IMG/VR virus record: IMGVR_UViG_3300044266_000171
Span: 1 to 35,221 of that record
Strand: one strand, 5' to 3'
Origin: a virus
Lineage: Duplodnaviria > Caudoviricetes
Length of the DNA: 35,221 nucleotides
Of this stretch, positions 23,764 to 33,490 are shown one piece after another. The notes beneath the pieces were generated by a model. The model was not told the DNA's origin. It searched no databases and saw only the letters and a program-made list of their open reading frames with translations. Position 1 is the stretch's first letter, and every line of letters begins with the position of its first letter. Both the position numbers and the translations under genes were made by a program.

Positions 23764-24512
23764 TTACCTGACATGTTAGAAGCCATCAGGCCCTGCAAGA
23801 ACTGCAAACCCTGCTCCGACGGAATATTGCGCTGCTTACTAGCAGCCAAACGCATCTCCAAATACTTCTTACCCTGCTCAGCCAACCATTGATCCGCCTT
23901 CGCATTACCCGACATCGACTTCGTAGGCGGAGCCATACGGACACCAGTGCTAGCAGAAGGCTGTGCAGCCTTCGCCCCAGTACGCATATTCTTATATTGG
24001 CTATACAGGTTCTCTGCGGTCAAAGGCTGCCCAGCAGCCTGCGACCACACATCATACTGTGACTGCCCAACCAAATCTTGCATCGTCAACGGATGCGGCT
24101 TACTAGCCTGCTCAGCATTAAACTTTGCTTTCTGATATTCTTGCTGTGCCTGCCAGTTAGCATAATCCGCTTTATTCTGCCCGAATACTTCCGCATACTT
24201 AGCAACAATCGCAGGATAGTTCGCACCACCCGACAACGACTCATCCGACAAACCAGCCTTCTTAGCAGCAGCGGCAGGATCGGTGCCCTGCTGCACCAGG
24301 GCGAAAGCCTGAGCAACCTTCTCGTCAGAACCGTACACATCCATCGGATTATAGTACGTCGGTTCAGGCTGCTGAATGAACTGTTGCTGCACAGTATTAT
24401 CAAACGGCTTAAACCCTAAATCCTGTAGAAAATTCAACTTGGCCTGCTGGTTTTTCCCAGGGGCCAACTGCATCAAAGTATAAAACGCTTGCAACTCTTT
24501 AGCATCCATCAC
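23760..24512 (-). CDS. Putative internal virion protein
   Basis: Gln/Ala-rich; coupled to neighbouring genes. Confidence 0.7.
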   Translation of the reverse strand: MMDAKELQAFYTLMQLAPGKNQQAKLNFLQDLGFKPFDNTVQQQFIQQPEPTYYNPMDVYGSDEKVAQAFALVQQGTDPAAAAKKAGLSDESLSGGANYPAIVAKYAEVFGQNKADYANWQAQQEYQKAKFNAEQASKPHPLTMQDLVGQSQYDVWSQAAGQPLTAENLYSQYKNMRTGAKAAQPSASTGVRMAPPTKSMSGNAKADQWLAEQGKKYLEMRLAASKQRNIPSEQGLQFLQGLMASNMSGK

Positions 24513-25192
24513 TTCACCTGGCCCAACAATGCCTGATACGCCTGCAACATCGCATCCTGATTAGCCAACTCTGCCGCCTTAGTAACCTGAGTTTGACCCA
24601 ACATGGCACGCAACACATCCTGAGCCGACATACCGCCAATATCCAACTGTGTTGGCGCACCAAACGCTCCCAGCGTTTGTGCAGCACCAGCATTCCTAGC
24701 CTGCTCAGCCTGAGCATAATCGGCCAACAACTTTTGTAGCGCACCACTAGCAGCATCCCAAGCCCCACCAATATTGCCACGAGCGGTCTGACCTGCTGTG
24801 GTCAACTGGTTGATGTCCTGCTGACTCCACCGTGGCACCGCACGCACAGCACGAGCACCACCACCGCCAGTGCCGCCTGTACCACCATTCATGTATGCGT
24901 TAATCAAATCTTCCATCGAAGTAGAATCAGGAAGATAGCCACCCAAATCTTGCATCTGACCAGCAGCCAACGCATTCATATAACGCTCAGCACGATCAGC
25001 AGTCATCGTAGGCATCTTGTTAGAAGGCTCAGTAACAGTCTGCGCCTTAGGGGTATAATGCGGGGCAGGGCCACCGCCGCCCCAGCGAGGAGGCGGGGTC
25101 ATAATACGCTGCGGTTGACCTGCAATATAAAACTTGCCAGTCAACGGATCAACACCATTATACGGAGGATTAATACCAACACCCAAAGCCAT
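24509..25192 (-). CDS. Putative internal virion protein
   Basis: Gly/Ala/Gln-rich; RBS GAGGGG. Confidence 0.7.
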   Translation of the reverse strand: MALGVGINPPYNGVDPLTGKFYIAGQPQRIMTPPPRWGGGGPAPHYTPKAQTVTEPSNKMPTMTADRAERYMNALAAGQMQDLGGYLPDSTSMEDLINAYMNGGTGGTGGGGARAVRAVPRWSQQDINQLTTAGQTARGNIGGAWDAASGALQKLLADYAQAEQARNAGAAQTLGAFGAPTQLDIGGMSAQDVLRAMLGQTQVTKAAELANQDAMLQAYQALLGQVK

Positions 25193-25203
25193 CGTGAACC
25201 CCC

Positions 25204-25593
25204 TCAGAAACCCTTGATACCCTGAGCAGCCGCCTGCTCACGCAACGCCTGCAAAGCCCGCTCCAATGCCTGCTTACGGGCAGCCTGATCCATCTCAAAC
25301 TGTGACTGCGCCTGAGCCGCAGCCACATCAATATCCTGCATGCCACGACCAAAACTAGACACCATCTGGCCCATCTGGTCGCCCATCACACCAGACTTCA
25401 CACCAGACCCCAACCTGTGCGCCCACGAACCAGTGAACCGAGGGAACTGCTGTTGAAACTGGCGGGTCGCATCCTGCCTGCGGCGCGCAAAACGTTGCTG
25501 ACCAAGCATCCGACCGAACTCTTGGGCAGCATTCTGCGTAGAATAATCCGACAACAACCCCTGTCGTTGTGCAAACAAATCACCAATAGCCAT
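25204..25593 (-). CDS. Putative internal virion protein
   Basis: Gln/Arg/Ala-rich helical protein; RBS GAAAGGGG. Confidence 0.7.
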   Translation of the reverse strand: MAIGDLFAQRQGLLSDYSTQNAAQEFGRMLGQQRFARRRQDATRQFQQQFPRFTGSWAHRLGSGVKSGVMGDQMGQMVSSFGRGMQDIDVAAAQAQSQFEMDQAARKQALERALQALREQAAAQGIKGF

Positions 25594-25620
25594 AACAATA
25601 ATCCCCTTTCGTAACCGTTC

Positions 25621-26667
25621 TCAGGCCAAGTTTATAACCCCATTAAAAGTCCAGTTCACAATACTGGTACTGGCAGCGATATTCGTAGCCAACACAGTAG
25701 AACTACCAGAAAACACGATGGTGCTACCAGCAGCAGCAATACTTGCCATACGAGAAGTAGTGTTGTCATTAGCAAACAACAACTGGCGACTACCGACAGC
25801 AGTCGCAAGCACAGGAAGTGAAATAGAAAACGTACCCAAAGTAGCCACCGTGCCAGCAGTAAACACTCCACGCACAAACAACGTCTTACCAACCTGCATA
25901 TACGCACCCGAAATAGCACCACTAGTAACATTCGTGAACGTCGTAGTAGTCCACGCATTCCACTGGCCGCCCCAATCACCAACAGTAGTAGAGAACATGG
26001 CGTTCGTCACTGACCCAGCCGCAGGCGTAGCGGTCGGAGCAGCCCAAGTACCATCGGCGCGCAAAAAGTTTGTCGTACCACCATTAGACAACGGGGCCAA
26101 ACCCTTTAATGTCGAAGTAAACGTGTTCAACAACGCAGTAGCCTGAGTTGCAGTCAAATCTTCCACGTTGCCCGTACCTGCCGTTGTCCGCCCCTTGAAC
26201 GTTGCTGTAGCGACCGTAGCCAACTTGGTGTTATCAACAGCGTTGTTAGCGATGTTGCCTGTAGCGACAGTGATCGGATCAGAACCACCAGCAGTATGCG
26301 TAGCAGCATGAGCCGTAGGCGTACGGGCATCCGACAACCTAGAATCGTTACCCGCAGCAACCGTACCAGCCACCGTTCCGACGTTCAACACAGCGGCACC
26401 ACCCAACCCGAGGTTGGTGCGTGCCGTAGCCACCACCGCCACATCTGACAAGTTGTTCGACTTCAACAGATAGCGCAAATCGCCACGAGTATCATTATGA
26501 TACTGCGGATGATCGTCCGAACTAAGACCTGACAGCAACGCATGAACGGTCACACCGCCGCCGCCACCAGCGGCAACAGCGGTATCAACATATTCGCGCA
26601 ACCACACCAACGCCCTCAGCGTTGGTGCAGGTAACTGTTCAGAATGCGGGATACGTTTCGCTACCAT
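25621..26667 (-). CDS. Tail fibre protein
   Basis: DDHPQY, NNLSDV..ARTNLGLG, AAGNDSRL, NFLRADGTWA fibre motifs. Confidence 0.85.
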   Translation of the reverse strand: MVAKRIPHSEQLPAPTLRALVWLREYVDTAVAAGGGGGVTVHALLSGLSSDDHPQYHNDTRGDLRYLLKSNNLSDVAVVATARTNLGLGGAAVLNVGTVAGTVAAGNDSRLSDARTPTAHAATHTAGGSDPITVATGNIANNAVDNTKLATVATATFKGRTTAGTGNVEDLTATQATALLNTFTSTLKGLAPLSNGGTTNFLRADGTWAAPTATPAAGSVTNAMFSTTVGDWGGQWNAWTTTTFTNVTSGAISGAYMQVGKTLFVRGVFTAGTVATLGTFSISLPVLATAVGSRQLLFANDNTTSRMASIAAAGSTIVFSGSSTVLATNIAASTSIVNWTFNGVINLA

Positions 26668-27401
26668 CAGTCACCGATACGACGAACCACAATGTTCACA
26701 TCAAACGTGATACTAGCATTAGAACCATTAGTGAACTGTGTAGTAAACGTGTTACCAGCAGTAAACGGGATCACATAGGTTTCACCAATATAGGTAGCAT
26801 AATGTGTCGAAGGAGGCAGATAGTAGTTGTTAGGGCCAGGAGCAATAATGTTTGCATACGAACCGAAACCTTGAACAAAGTTGTTGCCCGCAGTCTGAGT
26901 CAAACGCAACGTGACAGCATACGTCCCAGTCTCAGGAATAGTGAACGTAGTGCTCGGAGTAGGAATAAAACTATCAGTATCATATGATTCCGTGGTGTAC
27001 GTCAAAGTTGACGTAGCCCCAGTAGCAACCACAATACCAGTCGCACTAGCAGAAACAGCCTGCGAACCAGCCACCAACTGCCACAACGAACCAGTCCAAA
27101 TACGGACACGACTCTTATCAGTCTCAAAAATCTGTTGACCCACCACAGGAGAAGCAGGACGAGCAGACGACAAACAAGTAGACATCTTCAAATCAACATA
27201 TGCCTTACGGGCCAACTGGTTATCAGACGACGGATCAACAGCAGGGCCAGAAGGCACCGCTGTAAACGGCTTTGACCCATCCAAATGCACAGCATTTGTA
27301 TTGATCCAAGTTACCAGATCAGTGAAATCCTGATTCACCTCAGCCGCAACAGCAGCAGTACCAACAGTAAACGAATATGTAACACTAGCAGCAGTAGCCA
27401 T
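26667..27401 (-). CDS. Short tail fibre/minor tail protein
   Basis: N-terminal AAEVNQDF anchor, RKAYVD, GQQIFETD, C1q-like C-terminus. Confidence 0.75.
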   Translation of the reverse strand: MATAASVTYSFTVGTAAVAAEVNQDFTDLVTWINTNAVHLDGSKPFTAVPSGPAVDPSSDNQLARKAYVDLKMSTCLSSARPASPVVGQQIFETDKSRVRIWTGSLWQLVAGSQAVSASATGIVVATGATSTLTYTTESYDTDSFIPTPSTTFTIPETGTYAVTLRLTQTAGNNFVQGFGSYANIIAPGPNNYYLPPSTHYATYIGETYVIPFTAGNTFTTQFTNGSNASITFDVNIVVRRIGD

Positions 27402-27413
27402 AACAACCCCCTA

Positions 27414-28979
27414 TTAACGATACGTCTTAATATAGTACGGCAAAGTCACACTATCAATCCACCACTTAGTAGCATGATCCACCATACGGAACTTCATCTG
27501 CACAGCATGCGACTTACCCAACGACTGAATCCGATCAAACTGATATGACGGATCGGAACCCTGCCAAGTAGCAGTTCCCCACAAACCTGTACCCCAAATC
27601 ATGTTACCAGAACCAGTTACTGTGATCGGCAACTGCTGCTGCTTCACAGGAACCGACTCGTTAAAATCATGATACACATCAATATTCAACGTAGCCTGAT
27701 CGCCACAAGCGACCGTGATATGCGGTCGTCGCCACTTCTTCCGCAACCCAGCATCCTTATCAGTAAACCAAGCAGTCTTATAGTAGGCGTTAACTGCCGT
27801 GGTCACACCCAACACCGTGTCCTGCACCTGCACAGAAGAAGCCATATCAAACAGGCCGCCCTTAGAATCCAACGTCAAATACAGGCCGTTAATGCTGGTG
27901 GCAGAACGCCACCAAAACATGCTAGTAGGAGCCAACGACCATCTAGTCCAAGCCCCACTCTTACCAACCTGAGGATCATACATAAACATCGTACGACCAC
28001 CAGCGTTCAACACCAGTGAAACAAACAGTTGATTATCAGCCCACACCACCGTATTCGCCGTAGACGACACATCTACAGAACCATCAACAACCACATTCGT
28101 AATACGATCACCCAACGGCACCACACCACGCCCATTATAGGCGTACACGTTACCATCCACAGACCACCAATAGCACACACCAGCATTAGCGGTCACACAA
28201 CCAGCAGAAGCCACACCAGCACCAGTAGTCAACCGTTGCACCGTAAACGAATCACGATCATACCCGTAGATCGCATACACTGCCCGCCGCTTAAACACCA
28301 GCAACGCATCCCTAAAAGGAACCAGCGCAGTAATCTGGTCTGTCTCATCATCAGGATCAACATCAAAATAGTCTGCGGCAGCAAAATCCTCAGGCTGCAA
28401 CGGGTGCGACCAACGCACCCTAGACCTGTAGCGCACAGCAGACTCCACAGTGTCAGCCCAAAACATGTGGCCCTGATGGTCACAAATCAGCCGTGCTAAC
28501 GGTGCATTACCACCCGTAGGTGCAGAATAGTTGTTATTCACCACGTTCGTCAACGTGGTGAACGCAGCACCATTCCAATACCTAGCCAACAGTGAACCAC
28601 CGTTCAACCAATTCGCAAAATAAAGTTTATTACCCCACGCAACACCAGTAACCGTCCGTCCCATATCGGCAGGAGAAGCCGTCACAACATTCGTAAACAC
28701 ACCACCAGTGGTATACGTCCACAACGCTCCCGCATTATTAATACCCCACAATACCTCAGTACCCGCAGAAAACTGACCACCAATATAGCCGCCAGACAAC
28801 AAAGCCTGAGTAGAAGTGGTACGCACACCGCGCCTAGAAGCAAAACCGCCACGAGCATTAAACACTACATCCAAACAGTCAGGTGATTCATTCAACTGCA
28901 AATCCTGACGGGAAGAACGATTGTTCAATCCGCCAGTGAAATCACTATAAAACACCACATTAAACTGTTGCTGCGGCAT
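27414..28979 (-). CDS. Tail nozzle/DNA stabilisation protein (P22 gp10/T7 gp12-like beta-propeller)
   Basis: DFTGGLN N-terminus; ITALVPFRDALLVFK; follows the adaptor gene. Confidence 0.8.
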   Translation of the reverse strand: MPQQQFNVVFYSDFTGGLNNRSSRQDLQLNESPDCLDVVFNARGGFASRRGVRTTSTQALLSGGYIGGQFSAGTEVLWGINNAGALWTYTTGGVFTNVVTASPADMGRTVTGVAWGNKLYFANWLNGGSLLARYWNGAAFTTLTNVVNNNYSAPTGGNAPLARLICDHQGHMFWADTVESAVRYRSRVRWSHPLQPEDFAAADYFDVDPDDETDQITALVPFRDALLVFKRRAVYAIYGYDRDSFTVQRLTTGAGVASAGCVTANAGVCYWWSVDGNVYAYNGRGVVPLGDRITNVVVDGSVDVSSTANTVVWADNQLFVSLVLNAGGRTMFMYDPQVGKSGAWTRWSLAPTSMFWWRSATSINGLYLTLDSKGGLFDMASSVQVQDTVLGVTTAVNAYYKTAWFTDKDAGLRKKWRRPHITVACGDQATLNIDVYHDFNESVPVKQQQLPITVTGSGNMIWGTGLWGTATWQGSDPSYQFDRIQSLGKSHAVQMKFRMVDHATKWWIDSVTLPYYIKTYR

Positions 28980-28982
28980 CCG

Positions 28983-29672
28983 TCACTCCAACATTCCGCG
29001 CACCCAACGCGTAAAGTTGGGTGCCACATAGTTCTGACCACCCATAACATGATTACGGGCACCAAAATCTTTGAACGATTCGTTCGTCACAAACTTATCA
29101 ACCATCTGCTCATACTCACGCAAATAGACACCAGCCATATTCACATCTTCCTGCGACAAATAATACGACGACAACATGTACCAAGCAATAGCCTCATGCA
29201 ACGGCTCAGGCAAATCAGGCACCGAACCAGCAGTAGTAGGCCAAACAGCAGGCTTACGCAAACCACGAACCGTATAGATACGGCCCGTAGTAGCAGGCTT
29301 CGGATACAACTTGACAACACTATTCACAATCGTGTATGCAACAGCAGTATCGGAAGTCATACCCACAGGTGCACCAAACGCCAAATCGCCATCCGACTCC
29401 GAAATATAGATCAGACGACGACCCAACGAATCCGAATCCACAATTGACGTAATCTTATCAATATCACCAATAGAAGCAAACGTGTACTCCTGCACGCCAG
29501 CCACCGTAGTGAACGTATCCGTTGTTTGCAACAACGGAAAATTAGTGCGAGAATGAATATCGTTATAGGCAACACGAGCATACACATCCAACGTGTCAGC
29601 AGGAGCATCAACAGCATCAGTATCAGCATGCTTGCGAACAAAAATACGCATCTGATCTATCGTCATCGACAT
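28983..29672 (-). CDS. Head-tail adaptor (tail tubular protein A-like)
   Basis: TVAGVQEY, LYPKP, PDLPEPLHEAI motifs. Confidence 0.78.
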   Translation of the reverse strand: MSMTIDQMRIFVRKHADTDAVDAPADTLDVYARVAYNDIHSRTNFPLLQTTDTFTTVAGVQEYTFASIGDIDKITSIVDSDSLGRRLIYISESDGDLAFGAPVGMTSDTAVAYTIVNSVVKLYPKPATTGRIYTVRGLRKPAVWPTTAGSVPDLPEPLHEAIAWYMLSSYYLSQEDVNMAGVYLREYEQMVDKFVTNESFKDFGARNHVMGGQNYVAPNFTRWVRGMLE

Positions 29673-29680
29673 AACAGCCC

Positions 29681-29956
29681 CTACTTCTTACGAACAGCCT
29701 TCGGTTTGATAACCTCAGCCTGAACCAAAGCATCCTCAAACTCGTCAACCCAACTATAATCACCCTCATCATCAGCAATATACGGGACAGCATCCTTCAA
29801 CGCCGACTCCATCGACCCATCATTCGCAGGCCGAACATCAAACCCGCCAGCCAACGCACGAGCATCAAACACCACCCCATCGCCCTTCACGGCAGACTGC
29901 CCATAGGCAGCCTCAAATGGTACAGCACCCTTCCAAGTGACCGTCAAATCAGGCAT
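29681..29956 (-). CDS. Hypothetical protein
   Basis: ATG at 29956 overlapping the holin stop; 91 aa. Confidence 0.65.
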   Translation of the reverse strand: MPDLTVTWKGAVPFEAAYGQSAVKGDGVVFDARALAGGFDVRPANDGSMESALKDAVPYIADDEGDYSWVDEFEDALVQAEVIKPKAVRKK

Positions 29957-30143
29957 CCAACACATCCTTAGCGTTCGGAACAGCCCACACAACCAGCGAC
30001 ACAACCGCAGCATCCACCAACACTGCAACCGTCCCAGCATCGATGTCCAACCAGCGATGCACACCAGCCACAATGACCGTACTCAAAGCAGCCACAACCG
30101 CCTTACGCACCCGAGCCACAGCAACCCTCAAACTACTATTCAT
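29949..30143 (-). CDS. Holin-like two-TM membrane protein
   Basis: RKAVVAA...VWAVPN pattern typical of actinophage small membrane proteins. Confidence 0.7.
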   Translation of the reverse strand: MNSSLRVAVARVRKAVVAALSTVIVAGVHRWLDIDAGTVAVLVDAAVVSLVVWAVPNAKDVLDA

Positions 30144-30169
30144 AGCATCCTTCTTTCTGACAGAATACG

Positions 30170-30202
30170 AAAGATGGGAGGGAGGCGAACCCCCCTCCCA
30201 TC
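30170..30202 (-). terminator. Rho-independent terminator after the capsid gene
   Basis: 13-bp stem with UUCG loop followed by TTT on the - strand. Confidence 0.75.
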
Positions 30203-30224
30203 AATCAACAGAAACCGTACCAGA

Positions 30225-31163
30225 TTACGGAGTCCAGATGGCTCGACCGAGGTAGCGGCGACCGTTCGTACCGAACGCACCGTAGCAGGTGATCAAACCA
30301 TACTTGGCGTCACGGTCATAAGGCTCCACGAAACCACGGAACTTCATCCAGTTACCCGACAGCACAGCCAACTTGACATGGCGACTGTTCAAGAAGTACC
30401 AGTAGGTAGCGGGCATCAGATCGCTCCACACAACCTTCGACCCACGGTGCAACAGGTTCGTGAAACCCGACTCGGCAGTCTTAGCGTCAGTGAAACGCTG
30501 GTTCGGCTGCAACTTACCCTCATAGGTTTCCCACAGCGTCTGCGTCGTGATCTGGAAGTCGCAAGCATCACCACCATACGACACAGTGTTGTACGCCTTA
30601 GAGTGCAACGCAAGGCTGTAGGTGGCGGTAGTCGGAGCATACGACTGCCAGTAAGCCTGCGTCGAACCGTCAATACCACCGCTGGACGACGTAGTACCGA
30701 CAAGGTTCGGCAAACCAGCCCAAGCCTTACCAGCCGACTCAGTACCAGTGTTCTGCAAGAACGCAGTCTCAAACTGCTCAGCAGCAGTCATCTCAGCGTT
30801 CTCCACCTTCGTCTGCAACAACTTGATAACAGCACGATCACCGCTGTTCTTCGCTTCCTCCATACCCGACATCGGGATGAAGATCGCAGCCTGCTTCCAC
30901 TGGTATTCAGCAGCAGTCACAATTTCTTCACCATGCACAGGGGTGAGAGCATCGTAACCACTGTAATACTGGAACGAACTATTCGCCTTATACTGGAGCG
31001 GGAACACAGCAGTGGAACCGCCCTGAGCGTCAATCTTCGCCGTGTTCTTCAACCAGTCAAGCGCAGCACTACGCTTAAAAATGTTGTCAACAGCCTTACC
31101 ACCCTCGGTGAAATAACGCTTAAGAGTAGTAGCAACAATGTTATCAAAGTTCGGGTTCGACAT
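30225..31163 (-). CDS. Major capsid protein
   Basis: 312 aa after the scaffold gene; VDNIF, YSGYD, AEYQWKQ, YFLNS motifs; strong RBS; downstream terminator. Confidence 0.9.
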   Translation of the reverse strand: MSNPNFDNIVATTLKRYFTEGGKAVDNIFKRSAALDWLKNTAKIDAQGGSTAVFPLQYKANSSFQYYSGYDALTPVHGEEIVTAAEYQWKQAAIFIPMSGMEEAKNSGDRAVIKLLQTKVENAEMTAAEQFETAFLQNTGTESAGKAWAGLPNLVGTTSSSGGIDGSTQAYWQSYAPTTATYSLALHSKAYNTVSYGGDACDFQITTQTLWETYEGKLQPNQRFTDAKTAESGFTNLLHRGSKVVWSDLMPATYWYFLNSRHVKLAVLSGNWMKFRGFVEPYDRDAKYGLITCYGAFGTNGRRYLGRAIWTP

Positions 31164-31187
31164 GATACCCCACCTTTCTGAAAAATA

Positions 31188-32114
31188 TTATGAACGTGTC
31201 TTTTCGACCTCGTAAGCAAAGATGTCCTCGAAAGAATCAAACTGCTTCCACGAATCATCAGCCTCAGCCGAAGCCTTCGAACCGCCCGACTGAACCGTCT
31301 TAGCCGCCTTCCGAGCCTTCGCTCGTGAAGCGGCAGCCGCCTCAGCCTTCTTACGGGCATCCTCCGAAACCTTCAAATCGGCCTCCAACCTATCAGCCTT
31401 CCACAACTTGTACGCCTTATCCATTGACAAACCATTCTCAATAGCAATCGGCAAAACAAGCATAGGATCAAAATCCTGATAGCGTGAACGCATCGAATCC
31501 AACTCGGCCTGAACATCAGCATCCACACGAGAAGCCTGCACCTGTTGCGTCTGGCGACGCAACTCTGCCAACTCCTGCTGAGTACGCTTCAATTCATCAA
31601 CAACAGGCTTAAACTCTGGATCAATATCCTGCCACGGATCATCCGCCTTGTCAGCCAGCCCAAACTGTTCCTGCAAATAGCGAATACTCCCAGCGGGATC
31701 AACCCTGAAAGCCTCCTGCATTTCACGCGCCCACTGCAACACCTGTGAATCCGCAGCAACCTGCTGCGTCTTACGAGTATAATCAGCCTGACGCATGTAA
31801 CCATTCCGCAACTCGGACAACGGAACCTCAAAAGTTTCCCCGTTAACCGTGACCGAAACAGTATTATCTTTGATAGAGTCGAAATCAAACACATCCTCAG
31901 GTGCATCATCAGAATCAGAACCTGCATCGTCCTGCTCTACAATGTCATCGTCCGTGTCATCGACTTCACTATCGTCAACATCCGAAGTTTCAACAGAAAC
32001 TTCTTCATCATCTCCCAACGTAACCTTAGCGTTACGACTGATAGGAGAATCCTCTACGATCCCCACATCCTCCGCCGAAGCCTCATCGAACATGGTCATC
32101 AAATCGTTATCCAT
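31188..32114 (-). CDS. Capsid scaffolding protein
   Basis: Acidic N-terminus; VTVNGETFEVPLSELRNGYMRQADYTRKTQ; coiled coil. Confidence 0.88.
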   Translation of the reverse strand: MDNDLMTMFDEASAEDVGIVEDSPISRNAKVTLGDDEEVSVETSDVDDSEVDDTDDDIVEQDDAGSDSDDAPEDVFDFDSIKDNTVSVTVNGETFEVPLSELRNGYMRQADYTRKTQQVAADSQVLQWAREMQEAFRVDPAGSIRYLQEQFGLADKADDPWQDIDPEFKPVVDELKRTQQELAELRRQTQQVQASRVDADVQAELDSMRSRYQDFDPMLVLPIAIENGLSMDKAYKLWKADRLEADLKVSEDARKKAEAAAASRAKARKAAKTVQSGGSKASAEADDSWKQFDSFEDIFAYEVEKTRS

Positions 32115-32146
32115 TTTTCCCTTTCAAGAATCCCTAACGGGGTGTT

Positions 32147-32422
32147 CTACCATTTAACTTTGTCAGCCCAATAAGCAGCCGACATATTGCCCTTTGCAAT
32201 ATTGCTTGCATGCCTAGCCTTAAACGCTTCCCGTCGATGACGGTAAGCAGCAGATTCCCCAGCCTTCTTCGGAGAACCCTTAACGCCCTGCTGGCCGAAA
32301 CGAATCAACTTCACCTGATCGCCCGACTTTGCCAGCACAGCATGCGACTTTGTAGGATGGCTTGGTGTACGCTTCGGCTTGTTGTAGCCTGCAAACGTTT
32401 CCTTACCACGCTTAATAGTCAC
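32147..32422 (-). CDS. Small basic phage protein
   Basis: PTKSHAVLAK, IRFGQQG, FKARH, SAAYWA. Confidence 0.8.
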   Translation of the reverse strand: MTIKRGKETFAGYNKPKRTPSHPTKSHAVLAKSGDQVKLIRFGQQGVKGSPKKAGESAAYRHRREAFKARHASNIAKGNMSAAYWADKVKW

Positions 32423-32781
32423 TTGCCCTTCTTGCCCTTCATCTTACCAGCATACTTCATATTATTTTTTGCTACATCCAGCACAGTCGGCGGCTTTGTT
32501 GAAGGATACTTCTTTGCAGGGGCAGCCTTCTTGGGAGCAGCCTTCTTAGCAGGGCCACCCATTCGGGCACGCTTAACAACACCAACCAACTGATTATTCT
32601 GCTTCTCGCGAGCAGCCTTAAACTCCGCAGTCCCAGGACGATAACCCTGAGCAATCAACTTATCAACAAGAATCTTGTTCAACGCAGCCAATCCAATTTG
32701 CCCAGTACGGGGCTTCTCGGGATTTGCAGGAGTATACTTATACTTCTTTTTAGGCGGCTGAGGAGGAAATGCTGTAGGCAT
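32419..32781 (-). CDS. Lys/Ala/Pro-rich basic protein
   Basis: PAKKAAPKKAAPAKK histone-H1-like repeats. Confidence 0.75.
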   Translation of the reverse strand: MPTAFPPQPPKKKYKYTPANPEKPRTGQIGLAALNKILVDKLIAQGYRPGTAEFKAAREKQNNQLVGVVKRARMGGPAKKAAPKKAAPAKKYPSTKPPTVLDVAKNNMKYAGKMKGKKGK

Positions 32782-32784
32782 AAC

Positions 32785-32946
32785 TCACTTCACTTTCTTC
32801 AAACGAGGATTTGCTCTCTTAGCAGCAGCACCCGCCTTGCGGGTTCCAGCCGCAAGAATAGCACCAGCCGACTTCATTGATACATCCTGCTTAGCAGCAA
32901 TCTTCTTCTGCACCGCTTTAAAACCAGGATGTGCCTTCTTAACCAT
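32785..32946 (-). CDS. Small basic protein (53 aa)
   Basis: MVKKAHPGFKAVQKKIA...KRANPRLKKVK; TGATG coupling; not in the ORF track. Confidence 0.75.
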   Translation of the reverse strand: MVKKAHPGFKAVQKKIAAKQDVSMKSAGAILAAGTRKAGAAAKRANPRLKKVK

Positions 32947-33086
32947 CAGGACGACTTCTTAATCTTACTGAGGCTAAACTTCTTCATATGGGCAGGGGTA
33001 TGCGAAGCAACACCTGAACCAGCAGACTGGCCAGTATTCACACGGTAATGATTGCGTCGCTTACCAGCGTTTGACAAGTAACCCAT
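32946..33086 (-). CDS. Small basic protein (46 aa)
   Basis: Fills the gap exactly; coupled at both ends. Confidence 0.6.
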   Translation of the reverse strand: MGYLSNAGKRRNHYRVNTGQSAGSGVASHTPAHMKKFSLSKIKKSS

Positions 33087-33087
33087 A

Positions 33088-33435
33088 TCAGTGAGCAAAC
33101 CAAGTCGAAACGCCCGAAACCTCCGACACCTTGATAATCTTACGAGAAGCGTTCTGAGCAGCGGTAGCGGTACCCGTCAACACATCGGTACCCGTCTTAG
33201 CCACAGTCAAACCGCCAGCACCGTTCGAGAACAGGGTGATAACAGTACCAACAGGGTACGAAACTGCCGAAGTGGCAGGAATCGTAGCCGTGGTAGCCGC
33301 AGCATTACTGTAGGTGATAAAGCCGTCAGCATCGGTTGCTACCAACGTGTCGGTAGCAGCCGTAACGTTACGATACACTGCACGGTTTACAAAACGCTCG
33401 TTAACCTGACCACTCTGGTTGTCACTATAAGCCAT
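33088..33435 (-). CDS. Beta-rich virion protein (possible decoration)
   Basis: RBS AAGGAG; TIPAT..VSYPVGTVI fibre-like domain. Confidence 0.7.
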   Translation of the reverse strand: MAYSDNQSGQVNERFVNRAVYRNVTAATDTLVATDADGFITYSNAAATTATIPATSAVSYPVGTVITLFSNGAGGLTVAKTGTDVLTGTATAAQNASRKIIKVSEVSGVSTWFAH

Positions 33436-33461
33436 GTTCACTCCTTAAAGAAACTTTGATT

Positions 33462-33490
33462 CTAACAATAAACAAGAAACCGTAACATCA
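33462..33490 (-). promoter_or_regulatory. Putative late promoter (second copy)
   Basis: TGATGTTACGG-N8-TTATTGTTAG; overlaps TGnTAGAAT. Confidence 0.6.

Noticed and set aside
18621-31181. Long + strand ORFs opposite structural genes (18621-19367, 20932-21999, 22240-22923, 29937-31181)
   Set aside because: Antisense shadows produced by codon bias; no RBS or recognisable motifs
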